A stretch of DNA of 64,000 nt, from contig NC_087436.1 in NCBI RefSeq assembly GCF_036321535.1, positions 44,332,001-44,396,000 of the forward strand, in the 5' to 3' direction. Below are positions 1-11,760 of the stretch, in pieces. This DNA comes from Camelus dromedarius. Taxonomy: Eukaryota. The notes below the pieces were generated by a model. That model made no database searches. It was given only the letters and a program-made list of their open reading frames with translations, and was not told where the DNA came from. The translations under genes were made by a program, and so were the position numbers. Positions within the stretch are counted from its first letter, which is position 1. Each line of letters starts with the position of its first letter.

Positions 1-1234
1 TAACAGCCTGTAAGCTGACGGCTCTGTCACATTATATTTTGAGACCCTCTGGGGCTCTAGGCTCTGTGACTCTGGGATGCTCTGTAGTGGAGCCTCTTCA
101 GTAATTTATCCCTTAACAGACTGCTTCCCATGTTAGTAATAACAGGAGGCTGAGGAAAATTCATTAGAAGATTAAGGGAAACAAAAGTCAGAGAGGAGTC
201 AATCTCTAAACCTAGAAAAGAACAGTATTTGGAGGTAGGGCAGAGAGACCTGGTAGAGGTGGTTGCGTTCGGGAGAAGACACCAGGTGAAAAACAGAGGA
301 AGAAAGGAGTCAGAATAAGGGCAAAGACAAGGAGGAGTTTTATGCATGAATTAGTTAAGGAGACACATTTAAGAGGTGGGATGACTTATCAGAATTGAGT
401 CAGACTTGTTGGTTGGTTACCAGTGGTTGTGAATTGTCTGTACATAGTGCTTGTGGGCTGTCCGGTGCTGGTGAATATACAGGATTATAAATTTGGAAGG
501 CAGATATATCTTCCGTTCATTGTTTGAAAGTATTTTCCCTTCTCAGAAACTATGCTTTGAATTTAGAGGCTGCTATGAAGATTGAACCCTCAAGAGAACC
601 AAGGCAATGTTGTTTGTGAGGCGTGGTTGAAACCTGGGTCAAGGCCCAGAAATTCTGATGCTGTGAATTGCCGAGTGACTGCTTGGAACCTCTGGGAGCT
701 GTGATATTGAAGACTCTCAGCTGGAATATATTCTGTACATTAAAAAACTTTTTTTATTGTGTTAGTTTCCATTCCAAATTGCATGTCAGCTTGGGAATAT
801 GCTGGTATTAGCTTCTCCCCTGGTGTTACAGGGGTAAAGTTCCTCTGCTTTTCTAAATCTGAAACTATTAAACGAGATGCTGTGTGAAGTGAAGGCTTGC
901 TCCTGTCTTCTTCTTTGCCATCCCTTCTCCCTAAAGTTTAGCTATGGTTTTTAAGCTTCAGAAGTTCTTGGAAATTTTATCTTGGTACTTTTGTTGCTTT
1001 AAATTGATTTGCTATACAAGAGAAGTCCTCCTGGATTTGACCTCTATCCATTTTTCATCTCGTCTTGACATCTACACCAGCTGTTACCAGGTGGTGAAGA
1101 AGATTGGACAATGGGCTTTTGCTGGCAATAATTCAAAGCATCACTTTCCCTGCACTTTATCTCTGAACTGTGCCGACATTCTCAGTGGTCACTGGGGGGA
1201 GCCACATACCCGTATTCCCTCAGCCTTAACGGAG

Positions 1235-1251
1235 GTTTTTGTTTTGTTTTG

Positions 1252-1282
<31 letters not shown>
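1235..1282. repeat. (GTTTT)n pentanucleotide microsatellite
   Basis: Eight perfect GTTTT units at 1241-1280; source of the spurious FCFVL repeats in the ORFs at 944 and 1239. Confidence 0.97.
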
Positions 1283-1285
<3 letters not shown>

Positions 1286-2524
1286 TAGCCTGGGATCATA
1301 TTTAGCTTGTGACCAATATGGAAAATATTTTTTTCCAAATGCCTTTGGGAAGAAAGCAGCAATTCAGATCAACAAATTTATGGGTTTAAACTTGAAACAA
1401 AATTTAGACATTCTCTACTTCTTTCTCCAGAGGATGTGGAAACTAATGAAACAGAGAATGCATCCTTAAGGACAAATGCATATTTTCAAAGCACTGCTCT
1501 CTTGTCTTCCTTTTGCGGGTACTTCTGAGAATAGTGGCTGTGAGGTGGTTAAAACTCCAAATATTCTTGTCTTGTTTGGTTTATAAGTACATGCTGTAGA
1601 TATCAGAGCTCCAGCATTCTTCAGGAAGATTAGAAAAACAGCGTTAAAGGACGTATTTTAAATTTCATTTTTCTTGTTTAGCATCTCTAAGCTGTGTCCA
1701 AACTGAATTTTTTTAAATCTCATCATCTAAAAACAGTCTTGAGTCATAGAGTCAAGAGATTATCAATTCTATGGGAAACAGAAAGATGAGTAGTGGCAAG
1801 AGGTATCAGGGCCACTACTCGTACATTGGTTTAAAATAGTGCTTGTTTTGTGCACTGAACACAATGATTAAAAAAAACCTGAGGAAGAGTGATGACATAA
1901 AATGAAGAATGGCATTCCACTGCAGGAACTGGGATTTATTATAAGAATCTTTTTTTTTTTTTGAGGTATGGCATCAAATTGAGAAATATTGGATGCAGGA
2001 TTTAAGAAGGTTGTAAACCCAGTGACTCGAGACCTTGATTAATGTGATGCAAACAGAAGGACCAGCCCTCTGAGACCCTTTGGCTTGGCTGTTCTGTGAG
2101 GAGGAATCCACCTTTGATTAGACTATGGTACTAGTCTCTTCATTTTCCCATAATGCACTTTACAGAGTTTCATAATGTTGTTCTTGTTTCTATTCAGTAG
2201 TGATACAATCGGCCATGTCTTTGAGAAATAATAATAAAAAACCTAAACGTTTAATTAGGTTAATACCATACCAGATTTACCTGAACTGCATGTTAATACT
2301 CATTATATTTGAAGACTCTTCTTTAGAAAAAAATCAATATTAGAAACCGTTTTGTTTCTTAATAAAAGAAAAAAAGTCATTCCCATATTTGTGACCAGAC
2401 TTAGTTTTGGAAATCAAATTTAGTTATAAATGTAATTGGGAAATGGACTATTCACCACAATTTAAAAAATATCTTTTTTGTAAAGAAATATACAATATTG
2501 ATGTATCATTTGGGGAAATTGGTG

Positions 2525-2730
2525 ACAAACTAGCATTTGTTGAGGGTTTGCTCTGTAACAAGCATTTTATGTACCTTTGTTCATTTCATGTACCTTTGTT
2601 CACAATGAAATTGATACGTATTTTACAGAGATTAGGAAACTCAAGTGCAGATGTTAAATAACCATACACAGGTGAGAACAGTTAGTGTCAAAGACATAGT
2701 CAAAACAGATCTCTGTAATACCAACATCTT
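2525..2730 (-). mobile_element. MIR SINE (decayed)
   Basis: ATTTTACAGAGATTAGGAAACT resembles the reverse-complement MIR core (ATTTTACAGATGAGGAAACTGAGG); it is preceded by TAGCATTTGTTGAG, as at MIR ends. Confidence 0.65.
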
Positions 2731-4238
2731 TTCTCTTGCTTTAAGAAAAAATTTTCTTTAAATTTTGTATCACTTTAAACTGTTATATATGTTAATTTAT
2801 GTAATTTATGTTTTGTTAATTGTAGAGTGATTTGGCAAAATAGCTTAAAACAAATGCATTTTTTCTGCATGTGTCAGCTTACGTAGAGAAACTTGTACTG
2901 CTATTTTCTGAAGGCTGTGATGATTAACTGTTTAACTAGTTTCCTTTTCCCAAAACTCAGATTTTAGGTTTATTAACATTCTCACGGTGAAGAAATTAAT
3001 GTAGGTGTCTTGCTTTAGTATCTAGCACTACCTTTCTGAGCTTTGCATGTGTCATTAAATTTAGTTCCAACGGGCTTCTTCTTCCAGTTTCAGTGCTGAG
3101 TGTTATCTAATGATTTAGAGGCAGATAGGCATCGCCCATGACTATCAGAGAAAGAATGAGAGGTTAAATGTAACTCCTATTTCCTAGGCAGCTCAGATAT
3201 TCAATTGAAGCAGATGTTTATTAGGCAATAGGGAGAAGAAGGTCACAGTGGAGAAGTTAGATAGGACAATAAAATCTGCTTTAATCCTAAGCACTGAAGA
3301 AATATTCATAGAAAGTCAGAGAAGAGCTGCAAGTGAAACATTCTTCTTTTATTCCCTTAATTGGTTTCTTGGACCAGTATCTTATGTTACTTAACAAAAG
3401 CCTTAGTTTAACAAATGAAGTCTTAGCAATAAATAGAAAAGAATATCTACTATATTAGAAGAATAAACGTTATTATAGTTAAGAGAAGTGCTTTTCAATG
3501 ACAGTGGTTTTTATCTCAGATTTTGATGGACTAATGTCACATCCTACTGGTCAAATAGCCAATATGCCAACTATGTATAATAGATACATTTTAAATTAGA
3601 AGTAGCAAGAAGAGATTCAAAATGACCTCTAGATAAAATTTTCCCATGAGCATATTATTTGCTATAGCCTCATTTCAGTGTTCTCGGAGCAAACTTGTCT
3701 TGAATAGTTTAATCCAGCTTCCAAAGGTCAATTATTTGCATCAGCAGGCTAGCTTCTGCTTCTAGGTCTAGATTACTGATTTTTTTAATTAGAAAAGAAC
3801 TAAAAAGCATGTTTTCATATTGTTTGTTAATTTACCTCTAATTTACTCAAGAGTTAAGACAATCCTCATTTTCTTTCAACTTTTTATTTTGCAAATTTTA
3901 AGACTCCAGGGAAGTATAAACAATAGTACAATGAATACTCATATACCCTTCACCGAGATTCTGTGATTGCTAACATTTTGACCCATTTTATTTCCCTGTC
4001 TTTCTGTCTGTCTCTCTCTCTCTACACACCCACTTAAAAAAAAAAAAAAACTATTTGAAAATAAGTTGCAGATGTCATGCCATTTTACCTGTGGATAATT
4101 CAGCATGCATTTCCTAAGAATAAAGGACTTTCTCATACATAACCACAGAACTGTCATCATACTTAAGAAAATTTATGGTAATTCAACAATCTTACTTAAT
4201 TTTTAGTTCATTTAGAAATTTCTCCAGTTGTCTCCCAG

Positions 4239-4673
4239 TGAGCTCCTCAGATGCTCTTGGAGGTTCTTTGCAGTAGCTTAGCAGAGAACTTCTCAGCAAG
4301 TCTAAATTAGTTTCGTGGAAGAAGAGGTTGATACCAACCATTGGCCTTTGTAGGCTCCATACTTCTAATGAGACCGTATCCTCATCCTGGGAACTTGCAG
4401 TGTTGCATAGTTGCATAGATCATTCCTGCCCAAGCTACACACTGTAAATGTGTACAGCCTTATCAGTAGAGAAGGGCCCTTTACTGCACATAGGCCAGGC
4501 AGTTAGAGGTCAGCTTCGCACAGCCTAAATTGTGAGATTATAAAGGTTATGGGGAGTACATACATTCTGTTATTTCTCTGATTTAAATCTTTCACTCAGT
4601 AAGCTTTATTTTCTATCCCAGTACTATGTATCTGTGATCTCTTTGGGTGGCATCCCCCAAAGAGACCTAAGCA
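4239..4673. mobile_element. Probable LTR-like insertion inside the old L1 (family unassigned)
   Basis: A ~435-bp block of higher GC splits collinear L1MC sequence. It has TG...CA ends and an AGTAAGCTTTATTTTC segment near one end. Confidence 0.4.
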
Positions 4674-5724
4674 GTTTATTTTTTCTTATGCACGACCCAG
4701 TCAGGGCTCACACGTTGCATTTGGTTTTGATCTCTGTTTAGTCTTATCTACAACAGCCCTCCATTCTTTTATTTTTACCTCCTGGCGGTGACTTTTGAAG
4801 AGTCCAGGGTAATTTTCTCTTGGATGTCACACATTGTAGGTTTGTCCGGTTGCTTCCTCATGGTTTCATTTAATTTGTTTCTGTATCTCCTATATTTCCT
4901 GTAATTTGGATATTTGGTCTGAAAGCTGGATTAGATTAATTTTAAACATTTATGGCAAGATTTCATGGGTGGTGATCCATATTTTGCATTACATTGTATC
5001 AGGATGCATATAATATAAAGTTGTCCCACTATTAGTGCTTGGCTAAGATGCTGACCATCAGAATTAGTATTGAAAAGGACATACTTTTTCTCTTATTAAT
5101 TAACATTTAATTTATTATTATTAATCTGTTAATATTTATTATTAATATATTAATATTTACTCTTCTGTTAGATGAAATTTTGGCACTGTGTGGCTGCATT
5201 GTTATACAACTACGTTTCACTCTGGTTTTAGCTCCTTTTGATGATCTTTGTTTATTTATTACATTGGAAAGGCTTACAAAATGGTGACTTTCTAATTTTA
5301 TCATTTCTTTTGTATTCATTAGATAACATTCTTTCACACATAAGACTTCCTCCCTTCCACCTCCCATATTTTGTTTTCTTTTTTTTAAGAGATAAACCCA
5401 AATTTTTATTGTATCAAATATATGTGTAAAATTTCCATAGAGGCTTGGTGAAATATAGAATTGTAAAAGACAAATTGTGAGTTTTCAAAAAAGAAGTCTA
5501 GATTTTCTATTTAAAATGGCAACCCGAGTCCAAATAATACATTTCTCTCACTTAAAAATTTTCCCCCACTTTTTCTAATAACTCTAGACTCATGGTATTT
5601 TTTTTTAATTCATTGCATCATAATATATTATTATAGTCATCATTATTGATGATCAAATTGTCCTAAATAGCCAGTTCAATTGGAGCCCATTCAAGCTTGT
5701 TCCTTTGGCCTCTGACATGATCTC

Positions 5725-6285
5725 TGTGAAAGGCAGCCATTAGATCTCTGCTTCCTAATATCCACGCCCTTACATAATCCTCCCCGCTTTGGGTATGGCT
5801 TGACCTAGTGACTCACTTCTAACAAATAGAATAGAGCAAAAGTGATGGTATGTCCTGTCTGAGATTAGGTTATGGAAAGCCTGTGGCTTCTGTCATGATA
5901 TTCTCTCTTACTCTCTTGTTTGCTAACAACTAATGGAAGCCAAGTACAATGTTCTCAGCTTTACTATGAGGAAGCCCACATGGCTAGAAATGGAAGGAAA
6001 CCTATCAGTCAGCAAGGAACTTAAGCTTTCAGTACAACAGCCCATGAAGAAGCAAGTATTGTCAACAGACACATCAGTGAGTTTAGAAATGACTCCTCCC
6101 CCAGATGAGCCTGAGAGGACTGCAGCCTGAATGACAACTTCCTTGCAGCCTTGCGAGAGTCAGAGGACCCAGCTAAGCCACCCTCAGATTTCCTGACTCA
6201 CTGAGTGAGGAGATAATTAATACTTACTGTTTTAAGGCCATATGTTTAGGAGTAATTTGTTTTGCAGCAACAGATAACTAATACA
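5725..6285 (+). mobile_element. MaLR solo LTR, MLT1F-like
   Basis: Starts TGTG and ends CAGATAACTAATACA. Internal GACCTAGTGACTCACTTCTAACAAATAGAATA and CAGAGGACCCAGCTAAGCC match the recalled MLT1F consensus. Degenerate 5-bp TSD ATCTC/ACCCC. Confidence 0.88.
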
Positions 6286-6939
6286 ACCCCACTAGTCTCT
6301 GAGTATTTTTCTTTTACTAGTGCAAGAAGATTTCTCAGATTCCACTCACTATTTTCCCTGACTTATACCTGGAATAAGCATTTCTCCAAGTTTCTCTGGT
6401 TTTTTTTTAGTGGAATACAAGATGGTGTTTAGAATATAAGATCTGAACACAAAATGTGCTTAATGTTACAGAGATGTTATTGTTTCTACATCCTTCTAGT
6501 GAATAGAGCTAGAAAACATATAAAAAAAGCCTGAGCCCATACTGATATTTTCCATTCATATTTAATATAACATGTCTCTTCCTTACCTTCCTGAATTATA
6601 TATTGTATCTCTTTTCTCTTATAGTGAGAATCTTGATTCCTTATCTTAATTGCAGAGGGGTAACATTACAAGGAAGTGGCATAGTGGTTGCCACAGTTTT
6701 AGCAATGAGAGTAAGTTCTCTGGCTTTCTGAAATATCTTCCTTTTATAGGATCTTCATTTCTACCACTTGAGGTTTTTTTTGTTTGACTCTTGAGGGCTT
6801 TTTGAATGTTAGAGTTCTCTTATAAAAAGTTTTTAGAATTATTTTCCAACTTAAAAGAGTGATCTAGAAATAATTAAAAATTAAGAGTATAGCAAAATAT
6901 AAGTAAATAACTCTTAGTGATAGACTTGTAGGTATTTTT

Positions 6940-7110
6940 ATTTGTTTAACAAAAAACATATGTTAAGCCTTTAAGATGTGCTGTTTACTGTTTAAGGCAC
7001 TGGAGGTTCAAAGTTTCTGTTTCTGGCTAGAAGAACTTATATTATGGAGAGGGAGTCATATAAATGTGCCAATATAATTGGTAAGTGTTAATATAGAGAC
7101 ATGCAGAACT
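6940..7110 (-). mobile_element. L2 3' fragment
   Basis: TTTAACAAAAAACATATGTTAAGCC...AGGCACTGGAG...GAACTTATATTATGGAGAGGGAG pattern of a reversed L2 tail. Confidence 0.5.
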
Positions 7111-8213
7111 TTCTCATGTTGAATGTTGTCTAAAGGACATATACTATTTCAGTAATAGGAAATCATAATAATTTGTTTTAAGGGTAGCAAAAGATCAAAG
7201 GGAGATACAAACAGGAGAAGAATCTTATTTAATTCTGATGAATTTAACCAAAGGATTTCTTAAATAAAATTTTGCCTATTCACCTTCTTGCTTCAAATTA
7301 AACTAGATTTTTATTCTGCATTTTGGTCAACAGTAGCCTGCATGTTTATAGTCAACTATCGTGTTGTTGATTAAAGGATATGAAGAAAAATATCAAACAA
7401 TCTACTAATTTTGTAATTTCCTTAGATGGTTAAGTTCTACTTTTATTTACTTGTCTATTTTTCTAAAAAGTATTCTTTTTTAAAGTTTTGCATCTCTGCT
7501 TTAGCTAATCTCTCAGATGAAGCCTTTTAAAAATTTGCACAGCTGTAATTGATGCTCATGCTTCCAAAGAACAAGCATCAGGGCATTATTGCATTAGTCT
7601 CTTTAGTATAATTAATTCATGGAAATCCTTGAAGAAAGGGGAGGAGTGGGCAGAGAAACAGAAAGGGAAGGTGACTCAAGTGGCATCTATATTTTTACCT
7701 TTTGTTGCCTTTGGCAATTTTGGTTAAGCTTATCCACATCAGCTTCCTTTTCTTTTCTTTATTTTTTATTGTTCATATTGGTTTAATTTGATGATAATCC
7801 TTATGGAGGCAAAAAACATGCTATAAAATGACTTTGGTGGAAAATAAACCAAGGCTGACATTTAAACCTGTTGGTAATAAACATGCACAACCACAAAACT
7901 TTCAGTAGTGTTAGAGAAATTAATTCTGGGGCAGTGCAGTGTATTTACAGATGATAGCTACCCACACTCTGAAGTTCATGCTAGGCCCATGACATACCAG
8001 GCTTTGCAGAGGCTAACCATATGTAAGTGGATGAGAGAAAGCCACTGAGGATGGATTCTTATGGGTCATTTACTTTTTTAAAAACCTTATGAAAAATATT
8101 ACCTAGCTCTTGCTTTTATTTTTCCTTTTTAAGTTCCATTTCTAGTGCATGAGCATAGTCGTTGGAGAAGATATTTCTGATTTGCAAAGCTGAAATGAAA
8201 ATCAAAAATTGCT

Positions 8214-8323
8214 GGGGTGAGGGTATAGCTCAGTGATAGAGCACATGCCTAGCATGCAAGAGGTCCTGGGCTTAATCCCCAGTGCCTCTGTTAAAAAATA
8301 AATTAATTTAATTAAAAAAAAAG
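8214..8323 (+). mobile_element. tRNA(Ala)-derived SINE, camelid (Vic-1-like)
   Basis: GGGGTGAGGGTATAGCTCAGTGATAGAGCACATGCCTAGCATGCAAGAGGTCCTGGGCTTAATCCCCAG with A/B-box remnants and an A-rich tail. TSD AAATTGCT at 8206-8213 and 8324-8331. Confidence 0.92.
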
Positions 8324-9560
8324 AAATTGCTATCTACTAGTTGCCTTAGGCATCACAGATACAGAGAATGATAAGACAAAACCCTTTTTTTTTTCCAAGC
8401 AGTTCTCTGCTTAAGCCCGTTTGAATCATGACCTTGGACACAGACATCTATATTGGGAATGTTTTACGAGGAAGTGTCAACAAGGAGGGCCATGATATGT
8501 CACTAGAAAATACCCAGTTGGGAGAATACCTTATAGACTATTTGAGCTCTCCTGTCCTTAGTAACACTTGAAACAAAATGAATTTATGTACTTACTGTCT
8601 TATTGTTATGTGATAGATAACAATGACATAGAGGCTGTGAGGAACTAGCCTGGTTCCAAAGCCTTGTAAACAATGATCAGTTTCATGGAGGTATCCACGT
8701 GGAGTGGTTGTGAGTCACGGTTAAGTGATTGTGACACATCTGAAAGGCAGACTTCTGTCACAGAAACGAAGAGATCTCTGGATAGATGATTACATATAGT
8801 TTTGTAAAGACACCTGGAAACTTTGATCTGAGATAGACCACATCACAGAGAAATTGTTATTGTCTGAGAGCACACTAATGGTAAAAACCTTTAAAAACAT
8901 ATCCTAACTAAATCTTATGTGTGCTCAAATTGCCACTTGTTTTGTGATCACTGGAATTAATAGTTTAATGTGTGCCTGTGAAATGTTATGCCAGACATAA
9001 GGGTAAGAAAATATTCTAGCAGTCCTTGGAAAGTGCATCCTTCTTCTCTGATACTTGATTTTATTTTTAATATTCACTGAAAGTATGCTATCATCAGTAA
9101 ATTTCACTCAAGATTTTCATGTTGTAATTTCATTGTCCTTGAGTAAGACTGTAGAAATAATGGAATAATAAAAAAAAAGATATTTAAGAAAGTTGAAAGG
9201 AAAGATGCTCATGTAGTTTGACTTAGAGTGCAGCATTCTCCATGATCTAGCTCCTAACTTTCCTTTTGAATTCTTGTCATGTCCCAATATATATTTTTCT
9301 TCTTTATTCACCCAAACCAACTAATTGGCAACTCTTCCTTAATGTTCTAATTCTTCCTGATTGCTGTTCACGTTGTTACCTCACTTGTGCCTTGTATGCT
9401 TTTTATTAATGCCTACAATAGCCTAGAGGATATTACCAGAAAGAAAATTATATTATTGTTGGCCAAGGTCATCTCGTGAGAGGCCAGTTTCTTTTTCTTT
9501 CTGGTGTTCTTTTTCTCTTTTTTGCCCTCAGTTCTCTGGGCCTTTTTGATTCATCTTCCT

Positions 9561-9925
9561 TGTGATAGTTGGGTTCTCTAGGAGGTAGATATGGAGACTG
9601 GATAGAAGTGCAAAAGGGGAAGGAGGGGAAAATGAGGCAGAAATGAATGAGAGGAAGCCATTGGTCTGCGATGCTGACCTGATGATACCCAACCGAGGGG
9701 TCTAGAGCATGGCTGTCTGGTAGAGGGGTCCTACATCAGGTGGAAATAGTCAGCCTCTGTATCACTGTCTTGTTCAGTCATTGTTTAGCTCCCTCCACCC
9801 TCAGAAAAGAGTGATCTCAGCTGGAAAGCTGGACCGGATCTTGATATAGTTGATGGCTGGAGGCTGTCAGTCTTGCATACAACTTGCAGCTGGACAGTCT
9901 GACCTTTCTTGAAGAGAAAATCCTG
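9561..9925 (-). mobile_element. ERVL solo LTR, LTR16A-like
   Basis: GTTGGGTTCTCTAGGAGGTAGA...CTGCGATGC...TCAGTCATTG...GATGGCTGGAGGCTGTCAG matches the recalled reverse-complement of LTR16A. Confidence 0.65.
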
Positions 9926-10199
9926 CCCCCTAGGATTCCAGTTCTATGCCTAAGATGTAGCAAAATTCTGAACACCCCCAATTTCTGGTTTCCTCTGGGG
10001 GTTATTTTCCTCCTCTATGTATTAGGAAGGGTTCTTAGATTTTTCAGATTTAATATAGTAAGAATAATCCTTTCTCTAGCTGACTTCAAGAACCCCTCAT
10101 AACATAACTGTGTTGCCAAATTTAAGGGCTCTATCTCTTTACTGTATCTCCTCAGTCTCTAACATACTGGGGGAAAAAAAAAGAGGAATGAGGAAGAAC

Positions 10200-10460
10200 G
10201 AGTCAGATCATAGGTGACCTTCTCTGCGGAAGTTTTCCAACACCTTCCTCTAGGGTAAAGTCATGGTTTTCAACTGTGCTTGCACCGTATGCTGTGAATA
10301 CCTCAGTTACAGCTTTTAGCGCACTGTATTCTCATAGTTGACTTGCTTGTCTGTCTGCTGATGCCTGGACACTTGTCAAAGGCAAGAAAATTCCTTGTCC
10401 TCCTGCCTGTCTCTGACACTTAGGTTTGTAGTAAATGCTTCAGTGTAGATAGATGTAAAT
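10200..10460 (+). mobile_element. L2 3' fragment
   Basis: GCACTGTATT..TTGACTTGCTTGTCTGTCT..AAGGCAAG..CTGACAC..TAAATGCT pattern of the L2 3' end. Confidence 0.5.
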
Positions 10461-10569
10461 AGGTTTAAACTCTGTGCTGTGATGGTAGTGGCAAACCCAC
10501 AGTGATATAAAGCTGTATTTTAGGTGTTTTCATTAGAGATTTCTAAACCATTGAAAACAATACTCAGTA

Positions 10570-11760
10570 CTCAATCAGCACTTTATAAAAATATTTATAA
10601 TACACACATATTATTACAAAATTTAGAAAACATTGGATGATTTTTTTGGAAAAAGTAAAACTTTTGTCATTGTACTACCTAAATATATTCAATATTTTAC
10701 TTCCTTTGTGATTTTTAATTTGATTTTGAATTTTTATTAGTTGACGTATATGAATACCCATACATTTACATCTAATATTATGTTAAAACATTTACCATGT
10801 CATTTAATATTCTTCAAAAATTATTTGTTAAATTATTTTTCTATTGGAAGTTAGATTGTTTCCAGTATTTGCTTTAATGTATGTCTTGTCATGAACTTCC
10901 TTTGATATAAATCTTTATTCTCATCTCTGAGACTATTTCTTTTAGGTTAAACAGAAGTACATTTACTAATGTTTGTTCATTTTGTCTAATTATTTTCCAG
11001 AGAGTTTATACCAGTTTATCTCACCAGCTGGGTGTGAGAGACCCTTCACACTACACTCCTGGCAGGACTGTTAGCTTGAGAAGAGGACAGTCAGACAGCG
11101 CAATCAAGGTTTTTTTCTCTTCTAGTTGGTATGCCTATTTATTAATAACTTAAATATTTTATTTTATATATAATTAGCCATTTATATATCATCTATGAAT
11201 TTTCTATTCATATTCTTTGTCAGTTTTCAATAGAAGTTCTAGAGCCCTTGTTACAAATTTAGTGAGTTTTTAATATGGCAGATATTAAATGTCTGTCATT
11301 AGTATAAATAACATTCTCAATTTTAATTGTACCATAATTTTATGAGGTTTTACCCTTCAGAGGGCTTCAAGCTCTATGTGGGTAAATTTAGCAACATTTC
11401 CTAATTATGTATTTTATTTGTGTCTATGTTTAGAAAGTGCTTATCCATTCTAAGATCAGTTAAATAGTCATATTTCTCTTCTCTGCTTTTATTTTGAAAT
11501 GAAACTTATTTTAATGAATGATCGTTTGAAATTTTGATCCAACTTAATCTGTTCCTCAAAAGTATAATTTCCCCTAAACCTTTGGATAATTCCTCCATAT
11601 GCATTAGTTTGCAATGCTTCTTTTTCATTTATTATGATCTTTTAAAATTTTTATTGGTTTTAAGATAGTCTCTAATCTTCCGTTGATTTGTTTTCCATTC
11701 TTGAAACAATATTTACAAATGTTTTATGTATGCTTGAAAAGAAGGCATATTCCCTGTTGG
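10570..11760 (-). mobile_element. Highly diverged L1 (L1ME-like) fragment(s)
   Basis: TTAGATTGTTTCCAGT, ATAAATCTTT, TTATACCAGTTTA..CACCAGC..TGTGAGAG, TTAGCCATTTATAT..TCTATGAAT..TATTCATATTCTTTGTC are L1 3'/ORF2 antisense signatures. Confidence 0.6.

Larger units (their letters stand above)
3868..6650 (-). mobile_element. Ancient L1 (L1MC4/5-like) 3' region, interrupted by insertions at ~4239-4673 and 5725-6285
   Basis: Motifs typical of the L1MC 3' end: AATAGTACAATGAATACTCATATACCCTTCACC, GAAAATAAGTTGCAGATGTCATG, TTTCCTAAGAATAAAGGAC..CATACATAACCACA, CACACGTTGCATTTGGTT. The sequence resumes collinearly after each insertion. Confidence 0.75.

Noticed and set aside
944..1469. ORFs of 114 and 76 aa with FCFVL repeats
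   Set aside because: The repeats come from the (GTTTT)n microsatellite; there is no protein similarity.
8214..8290. tRNA-Ala(AGC)-like sequence (also reversed at 17922-18015)
   Set aside because: It has a degenerate T-loop/B box, an A-rich tail and flanking TSDs, so it is a SINE copy rather than a functional tRNA gene.
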